DNA of 11,157 bases, taken from the NCBI GenBank assembly GCA_051294375.1, contig JBJCIZ010000513.1, positions 1-11,157 of the forward strand. Reading direction: 5' to 3'. Made by a program: the position numbers and the translations under genes. The notes beneath the pieces are model-generated. The model saw only the letters and a list, made by a program, of their open reading frames with translations. It ran no database searches and was not told the DNA's origin. Positions 9,322 to 11,157 of the stretch are shown here, piece after piece (position 1 is the first letter of the stretch; every line of letters starts with the position of its first letter). This stretch comes from Paraspadella gotoi. Its lineage: Eukaryota; Animalia; Chaetognatha.

Positions 9322-10442
9322 AAAAAATATAAAAGAAGAAAGAGAAAGAAATGCCCTGGGTCGTCTCTTCTCTCTGCTCTCTTCTCGGCTTCGCGCCCCG
9401 CCTCTTTTTGTTTTTTCCTCCTTTGCTCGTTCCCCGTTTCCCGGTTTTACGATTCTCCTCTAATTTTTCGGGTTGTCCCGCGGTCGATTCGTTTTTTGTT
9501 TTTGTCCCGTCAGGAGGTGGCGGTTGAACGTCGACATCTTTTGCGGTTTCCTGGTATTAAAAAATTTCGAATGCAATATGCACGGGTCAATCACTCAAAT
9601 AGATGCTCGCGCTCTATTTTTTCCAGAAGACAAGGCACTGACTTCGCCATTCCAAAATGAGTTATTAGGATAAGTAATGAGTTAGTAAGAAAATTTTTAA
9701 GAAAGCTATATATGATATATAGTTTTTAAAGAATAATAGATTAAAGGTAAATCTGTTTCAATAAAATATAAAGATTAGAAAAATAAAAAAATAGTGAAGA
9801 CAAGTGATTTAGAAAATAGTTTCATAGATACCAATCCCTTCGGTTTTAAAGCCCGTTGTGGAAAGCCATCGGCTCCATGACGCATATAGGTCGCTTGGGG
9901 GGGGGGGGTGGCCGCGCCCCCCCCGCCCTGGATCGGGAAATTCCTTTTTTAATCGAGATAACGAAGAACTGATGAAGATAAACTGGAAAAAAAAAATCTA
10001 GAGCTTGTTTGTTCTGAGTCTCTCGAAGCGCTCCAGAATCAATATCAATGCTGGGCATTTTAAAAAAATTCCCGCCCGTCAGAGAACCTTTTCCCAAAGA
10101 GAGAGAAGTCTAAGCTCCGTGAAGTTTCTTTAAAATGAGAACGGCTATATTAAGGAAATATTCCAACGCTTTCCTCGGAATGAACCGAGGATCGAAACCC
10201 CGGCGACCCCTTCAGAACTCCCAACACTTCTGCGAACCTCCCTCTCCCTCGACTAGACGCCACCGAGGGTCCACATGCGATCCAAGGTCACGTCCGCGAC
10301 TTTTAGGGATTTCCGGTATAATTGGACACAGCTTGTTCGAAATTTTGACAGTTTAAAACTTAGGGTTAACTTAACGAAACAATATTAATTAAATTTGTCC
10401 AATTTTCTTTTTAAAAGGTTTTCCCATCAGAGGACTATCGGT

Positions 10443-10491
10443 CGGGGCTCGAACCCGCGACCTTCGCGAGCCCCTTTAGCCCATCGCGCCA
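10443..10491 (-). other. tRNA-like fragment (variable loop + T-arm / Pol III B-box, with a possible A-box); not a complete tRNA
   Basis: The minus strand reads CGCGAAGGTCGCGGGTTCGAGCCCCG (10468-10443). B-box GGTTCGAGCCC is at 10455-10445 and A-box-like TGGCGCGATGG at 10491-10481. I could not form an acceptor stem or anticodon arm. Confidence 0.3.
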
Positions 10492-10744
10492 CGCAGGACC
10501 ATTTGGCGTCTCGCGTCGACGGTCGACGTTTTGACTTTGACTTATGATTTCGTCGTCGAGAAAATTCGCGTCGTTGATTTCGTCGGAAACATTGAGATAG
10601 GGAGGAGTGAGGGAGGCAGGAGTGAGGAGAGAGGAAGGGGTTAGGGGACGGAAATGTGGGAATGAGGCGCAATTCCTAGATGGCGAAGTAGCCGCTAGAT
10701 TTTTTGGGTTGATGACGTATCGAAGAGGCGGAGGGCAACGGAAC

Positions 10745-10755
10745 TCCTCTCTCTC

Positions 10756-10803
<48 letters not shown>
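10745..10803. repeat. (CT)n microsatellite
   Basis: Near-pure CT run. Confidence 0.7.
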
Positions 10804-11157
10804 CATCTTTCTCTCATTTCTTTATCTCGGTCATATAACGAGGGGTCGAGTCGTGTCCCTCTGCCGGCGATTCGTTGCCATTTAAAAGAAGTTAGAATCT
10901 CAAAACATTTTTTTCCTCTGAAGCAACTAAAACCCAGCGAATACTCGAGGAGCAACTCAATTAGTCACTTTTTGGTCGGTCTGTCGGTCGGTCTAGAAGT
11001 CGGTCCGTCTCACTTAAGTTTTAAACTACTCATAACTCGGGTAACACTCCCTTCTCTCTATTGTCATTGGTAGTCACGTGATCAGTAGGCCGGAACAGGT
11101 TGAAAACTTTGAAGTTTTCTCAAATAAATAATGGTTGAGTGACTGTTAGAGAATATG

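Noticed and set aside
9897-9928. GC-rich hairpin or terminator candidate
   Set aside because: It is pairing of a poly-G run with a poly-C run in low-quality sequence, with no upstream gene.
5021-10955. Short ORFs with poly-G, poly-P, (ER)n or (SL)n runs
   Set aside because: They are translations of homopolymers and dinucleotide tracts.

Overview
This window looks like a raw, error-rich single-molecule long read of eukaryotic DNA, not an assembled prokaryotic locus. Bases ~140-4320 are a head-to-tail tandem array with anchor motifs at 585, 1351, ~2229, 2954, 3558 and 4232, plus a noise-stretched copy at ~6206. My hand consensus of the unit is about 0.5 kb, inflated to 600-880 bp by copy-specific insertions. 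Read on the minus strand, each unit splits into two parts. The first is a ~0.4 kb coding-like segment of 13-17-codon sub-repeats (approximately E-I-K-T-L-[NK]-T-P-x-N-D-F-S-x-V-K-K, ending in NTSANNIIEVVLKL). The second is a ~125 nt segment that starts G|GTGAG and ends in a polypyrimidine tract plus TAG|, in matching phase 1. The best reading is an unrecognised gene built from tandemly duplicated exon+intron cassettes that encode a highly repetitive protein. After ~4.3 kb the signal decays into homopolymers and microsatellite-like sequence. A short tRNA-like T-arm/B-box lies at ~10443-10491. None of the supplied ORFs is credible as a complete gene.
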